The notes beneath the pieces were generated by a model that saw nothing but the letters and a program-made list of their open reading frames with translations, did no database searches and was not told where the DNA came from. Positions 1 to 10,447 of a stretch of DNA of 64,000 bases are shown here, in pieces. Positions within the stretch are counted from its first letter, which is position 1, and every line of letters begins with the position of its first letter. The stretch lies in NCBI GenBank assembly GCA_045652765.1, contig JAZOLG010000020.1:4889-68888 (forward strand), read 5' to 3'. Position numbers and translations under genes: made by a program. Origin of the DNA: Bacilli bacterium (GTDB lineage Bacteria > Bacillota_I > Bacilli_A > ML615J-28 > CAG-313).

Positions 1-110
1 TAAACATCATATCTAAATATATTGTGCGTGCGAGAACAATAAATCATTATAGTTGATTTTTTTTGGATAAAGTGGTAAAATAAGAAATGTAAAAAAAGGA
101 GATTTTTATT

Positions 111-1340
111 ATGGCAAAGAAAAATATTAAAGATGTACAATTAAATGGAAAGAAAGTTTTAATGAGAGTTGACTTTAACGTTCCAATGAAAAATGGTGTT
201 ATTACTGACACAAACCGTATTGTTCAAGCATTACCAACTATCAATTATGCTTTAGAACAAGGCGCAAAAGTTATTTTATTCTCACACTTAGGACGTGTTA
301 AAGAAGAAAAAGATTTAGCTAAAAATGATATTGCTCCTGTTGCGGCTAAACTTGCAGAACTTGTAAACGCTCCAGTTAAGTTTGTTAATGCAACACGTGG
401 TGCTGAATTAGAAGAAGCAATTAACAACATGAATGCTGGTGAAATCGTAATGTTCCAAAACACACGTTATGAAGATTTAGAAGGCAAAAAAGAATCTAAA
501 AATAATCCAGAACTTGGCGCATATTGGGCTAGTCTTGGGGATGTATTTGTAAATGATGCATTTGGTACTGCTCACCGTGATGCTGCATCTAATACTGGTA
601 TTGCTGCAAATGTTAAAGGTGAAAGTGTATCAGGTTTCTTACTAGAAAAAGAAATTAACTTCATTGGTGGGGCTGTTGATAATCCAGTTCATCCATTCAT
701 CGCTATCCTTGGTGGTGCAAAAGTTTCTGACAAAATTTCTGTTATTGAAAATTTACTTCAAAAAGCTGATAAGATCATGATCTGTGGTGCTATGGCTTAT
801 ACATTCTTTAAAGCATTAGGATATGAAGTTGGTGAATCTAAATGTGAACTTGACTTCGTTGATTATGCAAAAGGATTATTAGAAAAAGCTCAAGGTAAAA
901 TTGTTTTACCAGTAGATATCGTAGTTGCAAATCCTAATAAAGAAAAAATGGCTGAAGACTTCTTTGGAGCAATCGCTGTTGCTGAAACTAAAGTTGTTAA
1001 AGCTACTGAAATTCCTGCTACATGGCAAGGTTTAGACTGCGGTCCTGAAACTATTAAATTCTACGCAGCACAACTTGAAGGTGCTAAAACAGTTGTATGG
1101 AATGGACCAGCTGGTGTATTCGAAGTAGAAAAATTTGCTGTTGGTACAAAATCAATTTGCGAAACATTAGCTAACCTTGAAGGTGCTACTACAATTATTG
1201 GTGGTGGTGACTCAGCAGCGGCTGCTATTTCTATGGGTTATGAAAAGAAATTCTCTCACATCTCAACAGGTGGTGGAGCAAGCTTAGAATACTTAGAAGG
1301 TAAGTCTCTACCTGGTGTAGCTTGCCTAGATGACAAATAA
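111..1340 (+). CDS. pgk: Phosphoglycerate kinase
   Basis: 409-aa ORF with typical PGK N-terminal ([14 protein letters not shown]) and C-terminal nucleotide-binding regions. Immediately followed by tpiA, as in the Firmicute gap operon. Confidence 0.95.
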   Translation: MAKKNIKDVQLNGKKVLMRVDFNVPMKNGVITDTNRIVQALPTINYALEQGAKVILFSHLGRVKEEKDLAKNDIAPVAAKLAELVNAPVKFVNATRGAELEEAINNMNAGEIVMFQNTRYEDLEGKKESKNNPELGAYWASLGDVFVNDAFGTAHRDAASNTGIAANVKGESVSGFLLEKEINFIGGAVDNPVHPFIAILGGAKVSDKISVIENLLQKADKIMICGAMAYTFFKALGYEVGESKCELDFVDYAKGLLEKAQGKIVLPVDIVVANPNKEKMAEDFFGAIAVAETKVVKATEIPATWQGLDCGPETIKFYAAQLEGAKTVVWNGPAGVFEVEKFAVGTKSICETLANLEGATTIIGGGDSAAAAISMGYEKKFSHISTGGGASLEYLEGKSLPGVACLDDK

Positions 1341-2105
<765 letters not shown>

Positions 2106-2113
2106 TAATAAAT

Positions 2114-2139
2114 GAGTGCCGTTTGGCACTCTTTCTTTA
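2114..2139 (+). terminator. Intrinsic terminator after tpiA
   Basis: Hairpin gagtgcc-gttt-ggcactc followed by a tttcttt tract. It overlaps the ORF-track start at 2123, which argues for the downstream start at 2153. Confidence 0.7.
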
Positions 2140-2152
2140 TAAAGGATTAAAT

Positions 2153-2635
2153 ATGAAAGTAATTAAAAAACAAACAAATAGTAAAATGTGTATAATTTGT
2201 GGTATGGAAAATGATCTTGGATTAAAAGCTCCTTTTTATGAAATGGAAGATGGTTCTGTAATGAGTATTTTTGAATACAAAGATCATCATCAAAGCTACC
2301 CAGAAAGATGTCATGGTGGAATGATAACATGCATGTTGGATGAAATTATTGGACGTGCCATTTGGGTCATTGAACCTGATCAATGGGGAGTAACCACAAA
2401 TATATCAGTAAAGTTTAGAAAACCCGTTCCATTGAATGAGAAAATTAAAGCGGTTGGTAGAATTGTTGTTAATAAAAGTCGAGTCTTCCAAGGAACCGGA
2501 GAGATTATGACGATGGATGGCGTAGTTTTAGCTGAGGCGGAAGTAACGTATTTAAAACTGCCACTGTCTAAAATTGCAACTGGGAACCACGAAGATGTAA
2601 ATATATATATACCAGATGATGTTACGGAAATATAA
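2153..2635 (+). CDS. PaaI/4HBT-type hotdog-fold acyl-CoA thioesterase
   Basis: The HGG motif (CHGGMITCMLDE) and hotdog-fold length fit this family. Start chosen at the ATG at 2153, with RBS AAAGGA 6 nt upstream; the ORF-track start lies inside the tpiA terminator hairpin. Confidence 0.7.
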   Translation: MKVIKKQTNSKMCIICGMENDLGLKAPFYEMEDGSVMSIFEYKDHHQSYPERCHGGMITCMLDEIIGRAIWVIEPDQWGVTTNISVKFRKPVPLNEKIKAVGRIVVNKSRVFQGTGEIMTMDGVVLAEAEVTYLKLPLSKIATGNHEDVNIYIPDDVTEI

Positions 2636-2667
2636 AAACGAGTGAGATTATTTCTCACTCGTTTTAT
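2634..2667. terminator. Bidirectional intrinsic terminator between the convergent thioesterase and membrane-protein genes
   Basis: Stem aacgagtgaga-ttatt-tctcactcgtt, with an A tract upstream and a T tract downstream. Confidence 0.75.
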
Positions 2668-3337
2668 TTATAGAATGTAATTTATAATATAATTTACTTA
2701 AACCTATGATTAACAATAAAATAACTATTAGCCAATAAACGCTACCCATCTCTGGCTTATCAGAATATCTAAAACCAAACAATCCAACTTCTGAATAATA
2801 ATTCATAAAGAAGTAGGGATATGTTTGTCCACGACCAAAATCAACTTTTAATATTGATAAAATGCTTCCAATAATAAAATATAGAAGTGGTGGTATTAGA
2901 GTATACCAAATATATTTTTTATGAATAGGTTTAATCGGCTCTTCAACAAAATAACTTACAATTGCTGTAATAGGTACTATTACATGTGTTAATACACTTG
3001 ATAAAGTCCAAACATTAAAATCAGCGAATGGAGCTAATAATACACAGAAAATTAACCCAGTAATTGTTATTGAAACTGTAAATATATATTTTAAAATATA
3101 TAAATAATTTTTTATTAATGATTTCTTAAGTGCAACTTCTATTATAGAAATAGTTGAAAGAATTAAACAGGTAATACCAATCCAAATATTTGACAGATTA
3201 GTAAAATATAAAAGTCTTTGTGCGGCAGAACTAAATCCATCTGCCTTAGCATTTATAAAACCTAGAGTAGTACCAATTGTTGCAGAAACACCAGCAATTA
3301 GATTTAGAATAATACCAATATATTTGCGGTTAAACAT
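2648..3337 (-). CDS. Polytopic membrane protein of unknown function
   Basis: 229 aa with about six predicted hydrophobic helices. It is co-transcribed downstream of pfk (adjacent start/stop). Confidence 0.5.
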   Translation of the reverse strand: MFNRKYIGIILNLIAGVSATIGTTLGFINAKADGFSSAAQRLLYFTNLSNIWIGITCLILSTISIIEVALKKSLIKNYLYILKYIFTVSITITGLIFCVLLAPFADFNVWTLSSVLTHVIVPITAIVSYFVEEPIKPIHKKYIWYTLIPPLLYFIIGSILSILKVDFGRGQTYPYFFMNYYSEVGLFGFRYSDKPEMGSVYWLIVILLLIIGLSKLYYKLHSINKTSEK

Positions 3338-4567
3338 TTATTTTTTACTCACTAATATTTTTTTAAGTCTTGCAAATCTTGGTAAACCATTTTCATACTT
3401 TAGTTTGGTTTCACCTTGAATAAGTGGTAAAACGTATTCTAAATATTTGTCGGTAATATGATTGCCTTTATCATTAATAAATTCAGCAGGCATTTCTTTG
3501 ACTTTTGCGGCTACGTTTTCTAGTGGTACATAACCAAATCTAGTTGAATTATCTAATCTTTCAATTGTGATCATTTGACCAGAAATGTTTTGTGTTGCAT
3601 ATTCAACACCTGCTTTACCACACATAAAAGCTTCTTCAATGTCTGTGTCAGATGCAAGGTGCGCAGCACATCTTTGTGGTAAGTTTAGTTCAATAGCACG
3701 AACTGGAAAACCAAAAGAATTTTGTACGTGTTCACATAACACGCTTGCAACACCGCCAAGTTGTAAATGGCCAAATGAATCATTATTATTATAATTGCGA
3801 TAGTTTAATATGTATTCACCTTTAGCGTCACGAATACCTTCCCCAACTATAACAAATACTTTTTTCTTTTCGTTATATATATTTTTTACATCTTCTAAGA
3901 ATTCACTTAAACTAAATTTAGATTCAGGTAAGTAGATCAAATCAGGGTTACATCCGTTAATACTAGCAATTTTTGATGCGGCTGTTAGCCACCCAGCATC
4001 ACGCCCCATAATTTCAACAATTGTAACACGTCCTTTTTTATAGGCAGATATATCTAAATATATTTCAGAAATAGTAGTAGCTATGTATTTACAAGCTGAT
4101 CCATAACCTGGTGTATGGTCTGTTAAACATAAATCGTTATCAATAGTTTTTGGAATCCCATTAACAATACAATCATAACCAACTGATTTAAAGTATTTAT
4201 TAATCTTCATACAACTATCCATTGAATCATTTCCTCCAATATAGAAGAAATAACGTATATTGTATTTCTTAAATACATTTAAAATTTTTTCATAAACACT
4301 AGTGTTTTTTTCAAATTCTTCTAAAAAGAAGCGAACAGAACCTAAAGCAGAACTTGGTGTATATTTTAATAATTCAATTTCATTAGTATCTTCCAATGAA
4401 AAATCAATAAAATTTTCATCAAGTACTCCTTGGATTCCATACATTGCACCATAAACATTTGTAATATTAGGATTGTTAAGTGCTGTAATAACAACTCCGG
4501 CTAAACTAGAATTAATTACTGCTGTAGGGCCGCCAGATTGGCCAATTAAACAAGCTCCGTTAATCAT
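3338..4567 (-). CDS. pfkA: 6-phosphofructokinase (long, PPi-dependent-like form)
   Basis: 409 aa carrying the PFK motifs MGRDAGWL and IGGNDS. It has the long form with GGND rather than GGDGS, which suggests a pyrophosphate-dependent or group III enzyme. The RBS GGAGGAT lies upstream. Confidence 0.85.
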   Translation of the reverse strand: MINGACLIGQSGGPTAVINSSLAGVVITALNNPNITNVYGAMYGIQGVLDENFIDFSLEDTNEIELLKYTPSSALGSVRFFLEEFEKNTSVYEKILNVFKKYNIRYFFYIGGNDSMDSCMKINKYFKSVGYDCIVNGIPKTIDNDLCLTDHTPGYGSACKYIATTISEIYLDISAYKKGRVTIVEIMGRDAGWLTAASKIASINGCNPDLIYLPESKFSLSEFLEDVKNIYNEKKKVFVIVGEGIRDAKGEYILNYRNYNNNDSFGHLQLGGVASVLCEHVQNSFGFPVRAIELNLPQRCAAHLASDTDIEEAFMCGKAGVEYATQNISGQMITIERLDNSTRFGYVPLENVAAKVKEMPAEFINDKGNHITDKYLEYVLPLIQGETKLKYENGLPRFARLKKILVSKK

Positions 4568-4629
4568 AGTAATTTATCCTCCATTATCATTTTAACGGAA
4601 AATTCAAAAAAACACAAGTAATAAAATTA

Positions 4630-4643
4630 TGTAATCGTTATCA
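4630..4643. promoter_or_regulatory. Candidate catabolite-responsive element (cre) upstream of pfk
   Basis: On the pfk strand the site reads TGATAACGATTACA, which matches the cre consensus TGWNANCGNTNWCA at every constrained position. Confidence 0.45.
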
Positions 4644-4666
4644 AAATATATATGTAAATATATCAC

Positions 4667-4695
4667 TTGACTTTTAACAAAAAAAAGAGTATAAT
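4667..4695 (+). promoter_or_regulatory. Sigma-A-type promoter of rpsD
   Basis: TTGACT at 4667-4672, a 17-nt spacer, then TATAAT at 4690-4695. Confidence 0.7.
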
Positions 4696-4699
4696 ATAA

Positions 4700-4862
4700 A
4701 AGGTGCGATAAAGGCAGCATTCAGTTAGTTTTAGACATTAGATTATCACTGTAGGATGTTAGTAGCCTCGCTGCTTAGGTGAAACCAATAAGATAGTCTA
4801 TTCTAGAAAAAGAATTGATTTTTTTATCCACTTAAAATTTATAAACATAAAGGAGAAAAAAC
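4700..4862 (+). promoter_or_regulatory. Long structured 5' leader of rpsD (candidate S4 autoregulatory element)
   Basis: About 160 nt separate the predicted transcription start from the rpsD ATG. This stretch is notably more GC-rich than its surroundings (aggtgcgataaaggcagc ... gcctcgctgcttaggtg). Firmicute rpsD genes carry an S4-binding autoregulatory leader. Confidence 0.4.
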
Positions 4863-5462
4863 ATGGCACGTTACACAGGACCTTCTTGGAAACAATCAAG
4901 AAGATTAAAATTTTCAATTTTAGAAACAGGTAAAGAATTACAAAAACGCCCTTATGCTCCTGGTCAACACGGACAAAGAAGAGCAAAAATTTCTGAATAC
5001 GGACTACAATTACAAGAAAAACAAAAAGTTCGTTTCTATTATGGCGTTAACGAAAAACAATTTAGAAACCTATTTGAAAAAGCTGCAAAAATTCCAGGTA
5101 AACAAGGGGATAACTTCTTATTCTTATTAGAATCAAGACTTGATAACTTAGTATATCGTTTAGGATTTGCTGCAACTAGAAGACAAGCTCGTCAATTAGT
5201 TAACCATGGTCATATCGTATTAGATGGTAAAAAAGCAGATATCCCATCATTACTTGTTAAACCAGGTCAAACTATTGCTTTAAAACCAGCTTCAAAATCT
5301 TTACAAATTGTTAAAGATGCTTTAGAAGCAACAGTTTCTCGTTTAGCTTTTGTAAGCTTCGATGAAAACACTCAAGTAGGAACATTTGTAAGATATCCTG
5401 AAAGAAGTGAAATCTTAACAGATATTCACGAAAACTTAATCGTTGAATTCTACAACAGATAA
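4863..5462 (+). CDS. rpsD: 30S ribosomal protein S4
   Basis: 199 aa with the conserved N-terminus [15 protein letters not shown] and an S4 RNA-binding domain. Confidence 0.95.
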   Translation: MARYTGPSWKQSRRLKFSILETGKELQKRPYAPGQHGQRRAKISEYGLQLQEKQKVRFYYGVNEKQFRNLFEKAAKIPGKQGDNFLFLLESRLDNLVYRLGFAATRRQARQLVNHGHIVLDGKKADIPSLLVKPGQTIALKPASKSLQIVKDALEATVSRLAFVSFDENTQVGTFVRYPERSEILTDIHENLIVEFYNR

Positions 5463-5471
5463 TAAGACTTT

Positions 5472-5501
5472 AAGAGATGCTATTGCATCTCTTTTATTTT
5501 T
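5472..5501 (+). terminator. Intrinsic terminator after rpsD
   Basis: aagagatgc-tatt-gcatctctt followed by a T tract. Confidence 0.8.
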
Positions 5502-5566
5502 TATTGCAAAATTTTTGAAAAAGTAAAAATATTATTATATAATAAATATGTAAAATAGTATTAAAA

Positions 5567-7375
5567 TTGATGAAGGAGAATAATATGAAAGTAACTAAAG
5601 ATATTATTTATGTTGGTGTAAATGACCATGAAGTCGATTTATTCGAAGGTCAATATGTAGTGTCAAATGGAATGGCATATAATTCATATGTAATACTTGA
5701 TGATAAGATAGCTGTTATGGATACTGTAGATGCTCGTTTCACACATGAATGGCTTGATAATATTCAAAACGTATTAGGTAATAAATTACCTGATTATTTA
5801 ATTGTTCAACACATGGAACCAGATCACTCTGCAAACATTATGAACTTTGTTAAAACATATCCTAATGCAAAGATTGTTGCATCTCAAAAAGCGTTTGTTA
5901 TGATGAAAAATTTCTTTGGAGTGGATTTTACTGATAAACAAATAGTTGTTGGCGAAATGGATACACTTAATTTAGGAAAGCATAATTTAACATTTGTAAC
6001 TGCACCAATGGTACATTGGCCTGAAGTAATTGTTACATATGATTCAACAGATAAAGTATTATTTTCTGCAGATGGCTTTGGCAAATTTGGAGCATTAGAT
6101 GTAGAAGAAGATTGGGCTTGCGAAGCAAGACGTTATTATATTGGTATTGTTGGAAAATACGGAGCACAAGTGCAAAGCTTACTTAAAAAAGCAGCAACTT
6201 TAGATATTCAAATTATTTGTCCGCTACATGGTCCTGTATTAACTGAGAACTTGGGTTATTATTTAAATTTATATAACATTTGGTCTAGTTATCAAGTTGA
6301 GGAAGAAGGAATTGTAATTGCGTATACTTCTGTATATGGTAATACTAAAAAAGCTGTAATGTTACTTGCGGATAAACTTCGTGCAAAAGGTTGTCCTAAA
6401 GTTGTAGTAAATGATCTAGCTAGATGTGATATGGCAGAAGCAGTTGAAGACGCCTTTAGATATAGCAAATTAGTTCTTGCTACTACAACATATAATGCTG
6501 ATATTTTTCCGTTTATGAAAGAGTTTATTCATCATTTAACAGAAAGAAACTATAGCAATAGAACAGTAGCATTTATTGAAAATGGAAGTTGGGCGCCTAT
6601 GGCGACTAAAGTAATGAAAGGTATGCTAGAAGGTTCAAAGAACTTAATATATACTGAAAATACAGTTAAGATTTTATCGGCTTTAAATGAAGAAAGCTCT
6701 AATCAAGTTGAAGCTTTAGCAGAAGAATTATGTCAAGAATATTTAGCTATGCAAGATCAAACGGCTAATAAGAATGATTTAACTGCTTTATTTAATATTG
6801 GTTATGGATTATATGTTGTAACATCTAATGACGGTAAAAAAGATAATGGTTTAATAGTAAATACTGTTACTCAAGTAACAAATAATCCAAATAAAATTGC
6901 TGTCACAATTAATAAAGAAAATTATTCACATCATATTATTAATCAAACAGGTATAATGAATATTAACTGTTTATCAGTGGATGCACCATTTTCGATATTT
7001 GAAAAGTTTGGTTTTGTAAGCGGTAGAAACACTGATAAGTTTAAAGATGATAATGTACTTAGATCTGACAATGGATTAGTATTCTTACCAAAATATATTA
7101 ATTCATTTATGTCACTAAAAGTTGAACAATATATTGATCTTGGTACTCATGGTATGTTTATTTGCACAATTACTGAATCACGTGTAATTAATCATTCAGA
7201 AACTATGACATATAGTTATTATCATGAAAATGTAAAACCAAAACCAGAAACTAAAGGTAAAAAAGGATATGTATGTAAAATTTGTGGATGGGTATATGAA
7301 GGGGAAGAACTACCAGAAGACATAATTTGTCCATTATGTAAACATGGTTATAATGATTTTGAAGAAATAAAATAA
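5567..7375 (+). CDS. Multidomain flavodiiron protein (metallo-beta-lactamase-like diiron domain + flavodoxin + flavin-reductase-like domain + C-terminal rubredoxin)
   Basis: 602 aa. The N-terminal about 400 aa form the FDP core; the flavodoxin segment is [15 protein letters not shown]. The region around residues 400-540 resembles NADH:flavin oxidoreductase/flavin reductase. The C-terminus [12 protein letters not shown]...CPLCKHG is a rubredoxin fold. Confidence 0.8.
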   Translation: MMKENNMKVTKDIIYVGVNDHEVDLFEGQYVVSNGMAYNSYVILDDKIAVMDTVDARFTHEWLDNIQNVLGNKLPDYLIVQHMEPDHSANIMNFVKTYPNAKIVASQKAFVMMKNFFGVDFTDKQIVVGEMDTLNLGKHNLTFVTAPMVHWPEVIVTYDSTDKVLFSADGFGKFGALDVEEDWACEARRYYIGIVGKYGAQVQSLLKKAATLDIQIICPLHGPVLTENLGYYLNLYNIWSSYQVEEEGIVIAYTSVYGNTKKAVMLLADKLRAKGCPKVVVNDLARCDMAEAVEDAFRYSKLVLATTTYNADIFPFMKEFIHHLTERNYSNRTVAFIENGSWAPMATKVMKGMLEGSKNLIYTENTVKILSALNEESSNQVEALAEELCQEYLAMQDQTANKNDLTALFNIGYGLYVVTSNDGKKDNGLIVNTVTQVTNNPNKIAVTINKENYSHHIINQTGIMNINCLSVDAPFSIFEKFGFVSGRNTDKFKDDNVLRSDNGLVFLPKYINSFMSLKVEQYIDLGTHGMFICTITESRVINHSETMTYSYYHENVKPKPETKGKKGYVCKICGWVYEGEELPEDIICPLCKHGYNDFEEIK

Positions 7376-7388
7376 AGGAGAAAAATAT

Positions 7389-7547
7389 ATGAAAAAATAT
7401 GTATGCCAAGCATGTGGCTGGATTTATGATGAAGAATTAGGTGCTCCTGAATTAGGAATCGCACCGGGAACAAAATTTGAAGATTTACCAGAAGATTTCG
7501 AATGCCCACTTTGCGGTGTTGGAAAAGATATGTTTGAAGAGGAATAA
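7389..7547 (+). CDS. rub: Rubredoxin (52 aa; absent from the ORF track because it is under 60 aa)
   Basis: The translation is [52 protein letters not shown], with the two canonical CxxCG / CPxCG iron-binding knuckles. The RBS AAGGAGA lies upstream. The minus-strand ORF at 7424-7642 that overlaps it is spurious. Confidence 0.9.
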   Translation: MKKYVCQACGWIYDEELGAPELGIAPGTKFEDLPEDFECPLCGVGKDMFEEE

Positions 7548-7552
7548 AAATT

Positions 7553-7930
7553 ATGGAACAAAAATTCTATATTTGTGAGCACTGTGGAAATATTATCGCA
7601 ATCGTAAAAGAAAGTGGTGTGCCCGTAGTATGCTGTGGTCAAAAAATGACTAAACTTGTGGCTGGAACTACTGAAGCTTCATTAGAAAAACATATCCCTG
7701 TTTATACTGTAGAAAATAATAAGGTTCATGTAGTTGTTGGATCTGTAGAACATCCAATGGCTCCAGAGCACTTTATTGAATGGGTTTCAATTCAAACAAA
7801 ATATGGTAACCAAAGAAAAGCATTAGTTCCTGGTCAAAAACCAGAAGTATGTTTCTCAATTTGTGAAGGTGATGAAGTAGAAGCTGTTTACGCTTATTGT
7901 AATCTTCACAGCCTTTGGAAAGCTGAATAA
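7553..7930 (+). CDS. dfx: Desulfoferrodoxin-type superoxide reductase (2Fe-SOR)
   Basis: 125 aa with an N-terminal desulforedoxin-like CxxC...CC site (CEHCGN...VVCCG) and the C-terminal SOR centre (HIPV ... EHPMAPEHFIEWV). Confidence 0.85.
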   Translation: MEQKFYICEHCGNIIAIVKESGVPVVCCGQKMTKLVAGTTEASLEKHIPVYTVENNKVHVVVGSVEHPMAPEHFIEWVSIQTKYGNQRKALVPGQKPEVCFSICEGDEVEAVYAYCNLHSLWKAE

Positions 7931-7960
7931 AAGAAGTAGAAATTTCTACTTCTTTTTTTT
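7931..7960 (+). terminator. Intrinsic terminator after dfx
   Basis: Perfect palindrome aagaagtagaaa/tttctacttctt followed by a T8 run. Confidence 0.85.
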
Positions 7961-8030
7961 ATCCAATAATTGGTAATAATAAAAAATATATAAATGTACA
8001 AAATAATATAGAACAAAATAGGAGGTTAAA

Positions 8031-8495
8031 ATGAAAACTACAAGATTGACATGGCCAATGATTTTAGGTATTATTGGATCAATTTGTTCAGTTGTTGTCG
8101 GTTTCGTAATTGCTTTTTTCGCAACAGGAGGAAGAGTATCTGGTATTCAAAATGTTGAATTCGGTAATATGTGGCTACTGACAACTGTCATGGCGATACT
8201 AGGTCCATTACTTGGATTAGTAGGAGCATCGATTGTTAAGTTTGCTCCAAGATCTGGCGGAGTGTTGATGTTGTTTGCAGTATTAGAATATATTGTTGTT
8301 TGTATGTTAATTGGTAGTCAATTTACTCCAGCGTTAGTATTTGGTGGTATTGGTTACTTATTTTTAACAGTAAGTGGTATGATGGCCTTAATTTATCCAA
8401 ACATCCATTTTGAAGATACTTATTTATATAATAAAGATTACGCAAAAGATAACTGGACTCCTCATCATTCAAAAAGCAAAAGAACAGCTGAATAA
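8031..8495 (+). CDS. Small integral membrane protein of unknown function
   Basis: 154 aa with four hydrophobic helices and no recognisable motifs. Confidence 0.5.
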   Translation: MKTTRLTWPMILGIIGSICSVVVGFVIAFFATGGRVSGIQNVEFGNMWLLTTVMAILGPLLGLVGASIVKFAPRSGGVLMLFAVLEYIVVCMLIGSQFTPALVFGGIGYLFLTVSGMMALIYPNIHFEDTYLYNKDYAKDNWTPHHSKSKRTAE

Positions 8496-8513
8496 CAAAT
8501 ATTTTGTTTAACT

Positions 8514-8545
8514 AAGATTAAATTAAGATTACTTAATTTAATCTT
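8514..8545 (+). terminator. AT-rich perfect 14-bp inverted repeat (terminator-like)
   Basis: aagattaaattaag-atta-cttaatttaatctt followed by ttttaaatttta. The stem contains only two G:C pairs, so termination efficiency is uncertain. Confidence 0.4.
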
Positions 8546-8567
8546 TTAAATTTTATATTCATTCCAC

Positions 8568-8596
8568 TTGACTAACATATTAAAATTTGATATAAT
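8568..8596 (+). promoter_or_regulatory. Consensus sigma-A promoter driving tRNA-Gly
   Basis: TTGACT at 8568-8573, a 17-nt spacer, then TATAAT at 8591-8596. The tRNA begins about 20 nt downstream. Confidence 0.75.
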
Positions 8597-8616
8597 TACA
8601 TTGCAAATTTAGAAAT

Positions 8617-8691
8617 GCAGGTATAGTATAACGGTTATTATGTCGCCTTGCCATGGCGAAGATGCCAGTTCGATTCTGGTTACCTGCTCCA
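8617..8691 (+). tRNA. tRNA-Gly (anticodon GCC) with encoded CCA
   Basis: Cloverleaf: acceptor stem gcaggta/tacctgc; anticodon stem tcgcc/ggcga with loop ttGCCat; T arm gccag-TTCGATT-ctggt; 3' CCA. A weak hairpin plus T run follows at about 8703-8730. Confidence 0.85.
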
Positions 8692-8804
8692 AAAAGTAAT
8701 TTATGTGTCTTCTGTATGAGGACTTTTTTTATTTTAATTGTATCTATAACGTGATATAATGATACAAAAATAATATATCTAATTAGTTAAATAAGAGGTT
8801 AAAA

Positions 8805-9764
8805 ATGATATTTGAAAAACAAGTAGTTGAAATGTATAAGAAGATGATGCATACAAGATGTGATGATCAAGGAATTGCTTATTATTTTAGTCAAAAGGAC
8901 TTTGTTTGTCTAAACAAAATTAGTCATACCTTTAAATCATCACTAGGACATAATTTACAAGGATATATATATTATTATGATAATTGTGTGGCAAACAAAT
9001 TAGTAATTTTCGATCATGGTTTTGGTGGCGGACATGAATCATATATGAAAGAAATTGAAAAATTATGTCGAGCCGGCTTTAAAATATTTGCATATGATCA
9101 TACAGGCTGTATGCAATCGGGTGGTGAAACACCAAATGGCGTGTCTCAGTCATTATGTGATTTAAATGATTGTATGGAATATATTAAAAACACTGAATAT
9201 GCTAATCATGACATATATGTAGTTGGACATAGTTGGGGTGGTTTCTCCACATTAAATATTTCGGCGCTACATGATGAAGTGAAAAAAGTAGTAGTCATTT
9301 CGGGATTTGTATCTGTTGAATTATTAGTAAATGATTTTTATAGTGGATTATTAAAAGGCTATCGCAAGGCCATAATGAAATTAGAAAATGAATCTAATCC
9401 ATATTTCGTTAGATTTAATGCTATTGACAGTTTAAAAAAATCGAACGCCGAGGTGTTATTAATATATTCAGATAATGATATGCTTTGTAAAAAAGAAACA
9501 CATTATGATATTTTATATAATGAATTGAAAGATAAAACAAATATAAAATTCATGCTAGTAAACGATAAAGGACACAATCCTAATTATACAAAAGATGCAG
9601 TTCTTTATTTAAATGAATATTCTAAAAAGACAAAACGAATGTTGAAAAAGAAACAACTACAAACTAATAAACAAAAAGAAGACTTTGTTAATTCATTTGA
9701 TTGGAACAAAATGACTGAACAAGATGATGCTGTATGGCAATTAATTATTAATCATTTAAAATAA
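8805..9764 (+). CDS. Alpha/beta-hydrolase-fold serine hydrolase
   Basis: 319 aa with the nucleophile elbow GHSWGG and an HGFGG oxyanion region. The C-terminus is Lys-rich. Confidence 0.65.
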   Translation: MIFEKQVVEMYKKMMHTRCDDQGIAYYFSQKDFVCLNKISHTFKSSLGHNLQGYIYYYDNCVANKLVIFDHGFGGGHESYMKEIEKLCRAGFKIFAYDHTGCMQSGGETPNGVSQSLCDLNDCMEYIKNTEYANHDIYVVGHSWGGFSTLNISALHDEVKKVVVISGFVSVELLVNDFYSGLLKGYRKAIMKLENESNPYFVRFNAIDSLKKSNAEVLLIYSDNDMLCKKETHYDILYNELKDKTNIKFMLVNDKGHNPNYTKDAVLYLNEYSKKTKRMLKKKQLQTNKQKEDFVNSFDWNKMTEQDDAVWQLIINHLK

Positions 9765-9794
9765 AAAAGAAACTACTTTAGTAGTTTCTTTTAA
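9763..9794. terminator. Bidirectional terminator between convergent genes
   Basis: aaagaaactac-ttta-gtagtttcttt flanked by A and T runs. Confidence 0.8.
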
Positions 9795-10447
9795 TTTTCA
9801 TTTATTTGATAAGCAGTAACAACATATTTAGTAGGATCTTCTTTTAAGAAATGAACTTGAACGGTTCCTAAAACATTTGGATTTTCAATTAGAATTTTAT
9901 CCTTTATTTTAGGTGAATCAAATGTATATTCTTGATTAGATATCTGATCACGATAAGTTGAATGAATTATTGCGTATTCAACATTTTTAGAATCTTCTAT
10001 AATTTCAATATCAGAAATATTACAAATAACAGATTGACCTTCTTTGATGATTTCCATATTAATTGCATTGCGTCTTTTAATTACAAGATGAAGACCTAAA
10101 CCGCCAACCGCGCAACCTAATGAAACAACACCAATGACTAATCCTAATTTGATTTGATCATAAATATAACATGATTCAGGATTGTTTTTATTATAGTATA
10201 CTAATATTTTTCTGCCTTCTAATAGTTCGGATTTATATGGAGCATCAACCGTAATGTAATCTTTATATACACTAGTAAAGTAAGTGACTTGTCCATTTTT
10301 GTAATCACCTGTTATTTCAATTCCTGTGTTTGTCCAACGCATATGTATAATACAAAGTGTGATACAAGCTATAAAAGCGATTGAAGAACAGACTATAAGA
10401 AGAATCATCGCAAGATTTAGATGATTGTTCTGCTTAATTTTTTTCAT
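9791..10447 (-). CDS. DUF3592-like two-TM membrane protein, co-transcribed with queT
   Basis: 218 aa: an N-terminal TM helix, a beta-rich extracytoplasmic module, a second TM helix and a C-terminal domain. Its start overlaps the queT stop by 1 nt. Confidence 0.45.
   Translation of the reverse strand: MKKIKQNNHLNLAMILLIVCSSIAFIACITLCIIHMRWTNTGIEITGDYKNGQVTYFTSVYKDYITVDAPYKSELLEGRKILVYYNKNNPESCYIYDQIKLGLVIGVVSLGCAVGGLGLHLVIKRRNAINMEIIKEGQSVICNISDIEIIEDSKNVEYAIIHSTYRDQISNQEYTFDSPKIKDKILIENPNVLGTVQVHFLKEDPTKYVVTAYQINEN

Noticed and set aside
245-463. Short antisense or alternative-frame ORFs from the track that lie inside confidently assigned genes (for example 245-463, 1524-1713, 3585-3794, 5884-6084, 11546-11737, 15527-15709, 16178-16423, 36948-37465, 39309-40391, 43403-44338, 45951-46253, 61704-62078)
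   Set aside because: They lie wholly within well-supported conserved genes on the other strand or frame, lack an RBS, and have AT-rich low-complexity translations. These are the expected frame-shadow ORFs in a 30% GC genome.
2123-2152. ORF-track N-terminal extensions, for example the thioesterase start at 2123. Similar extensions were noted for rimP (35923), the arsR-family gene (50716), the TSCPD gene (27268), iscS (27294), infB (38129), znuB (24747) and rimM (53533)
   Set aside because: The extensions run through terminator or leader hairpins or promoters, or they lack ribosome-binding sites. Internal ATG or GTG codons with good SD spacing and family-typical N-termini were preferred.
7424-7642. 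72-aa minus-strand ORF
   Set aside because: It overlaps the plus-strand rubredoxin gene (7389-7547), which has perfect CxxCG/CPxCG motifs and an RBS. The minus-strand ORF is an artefact.
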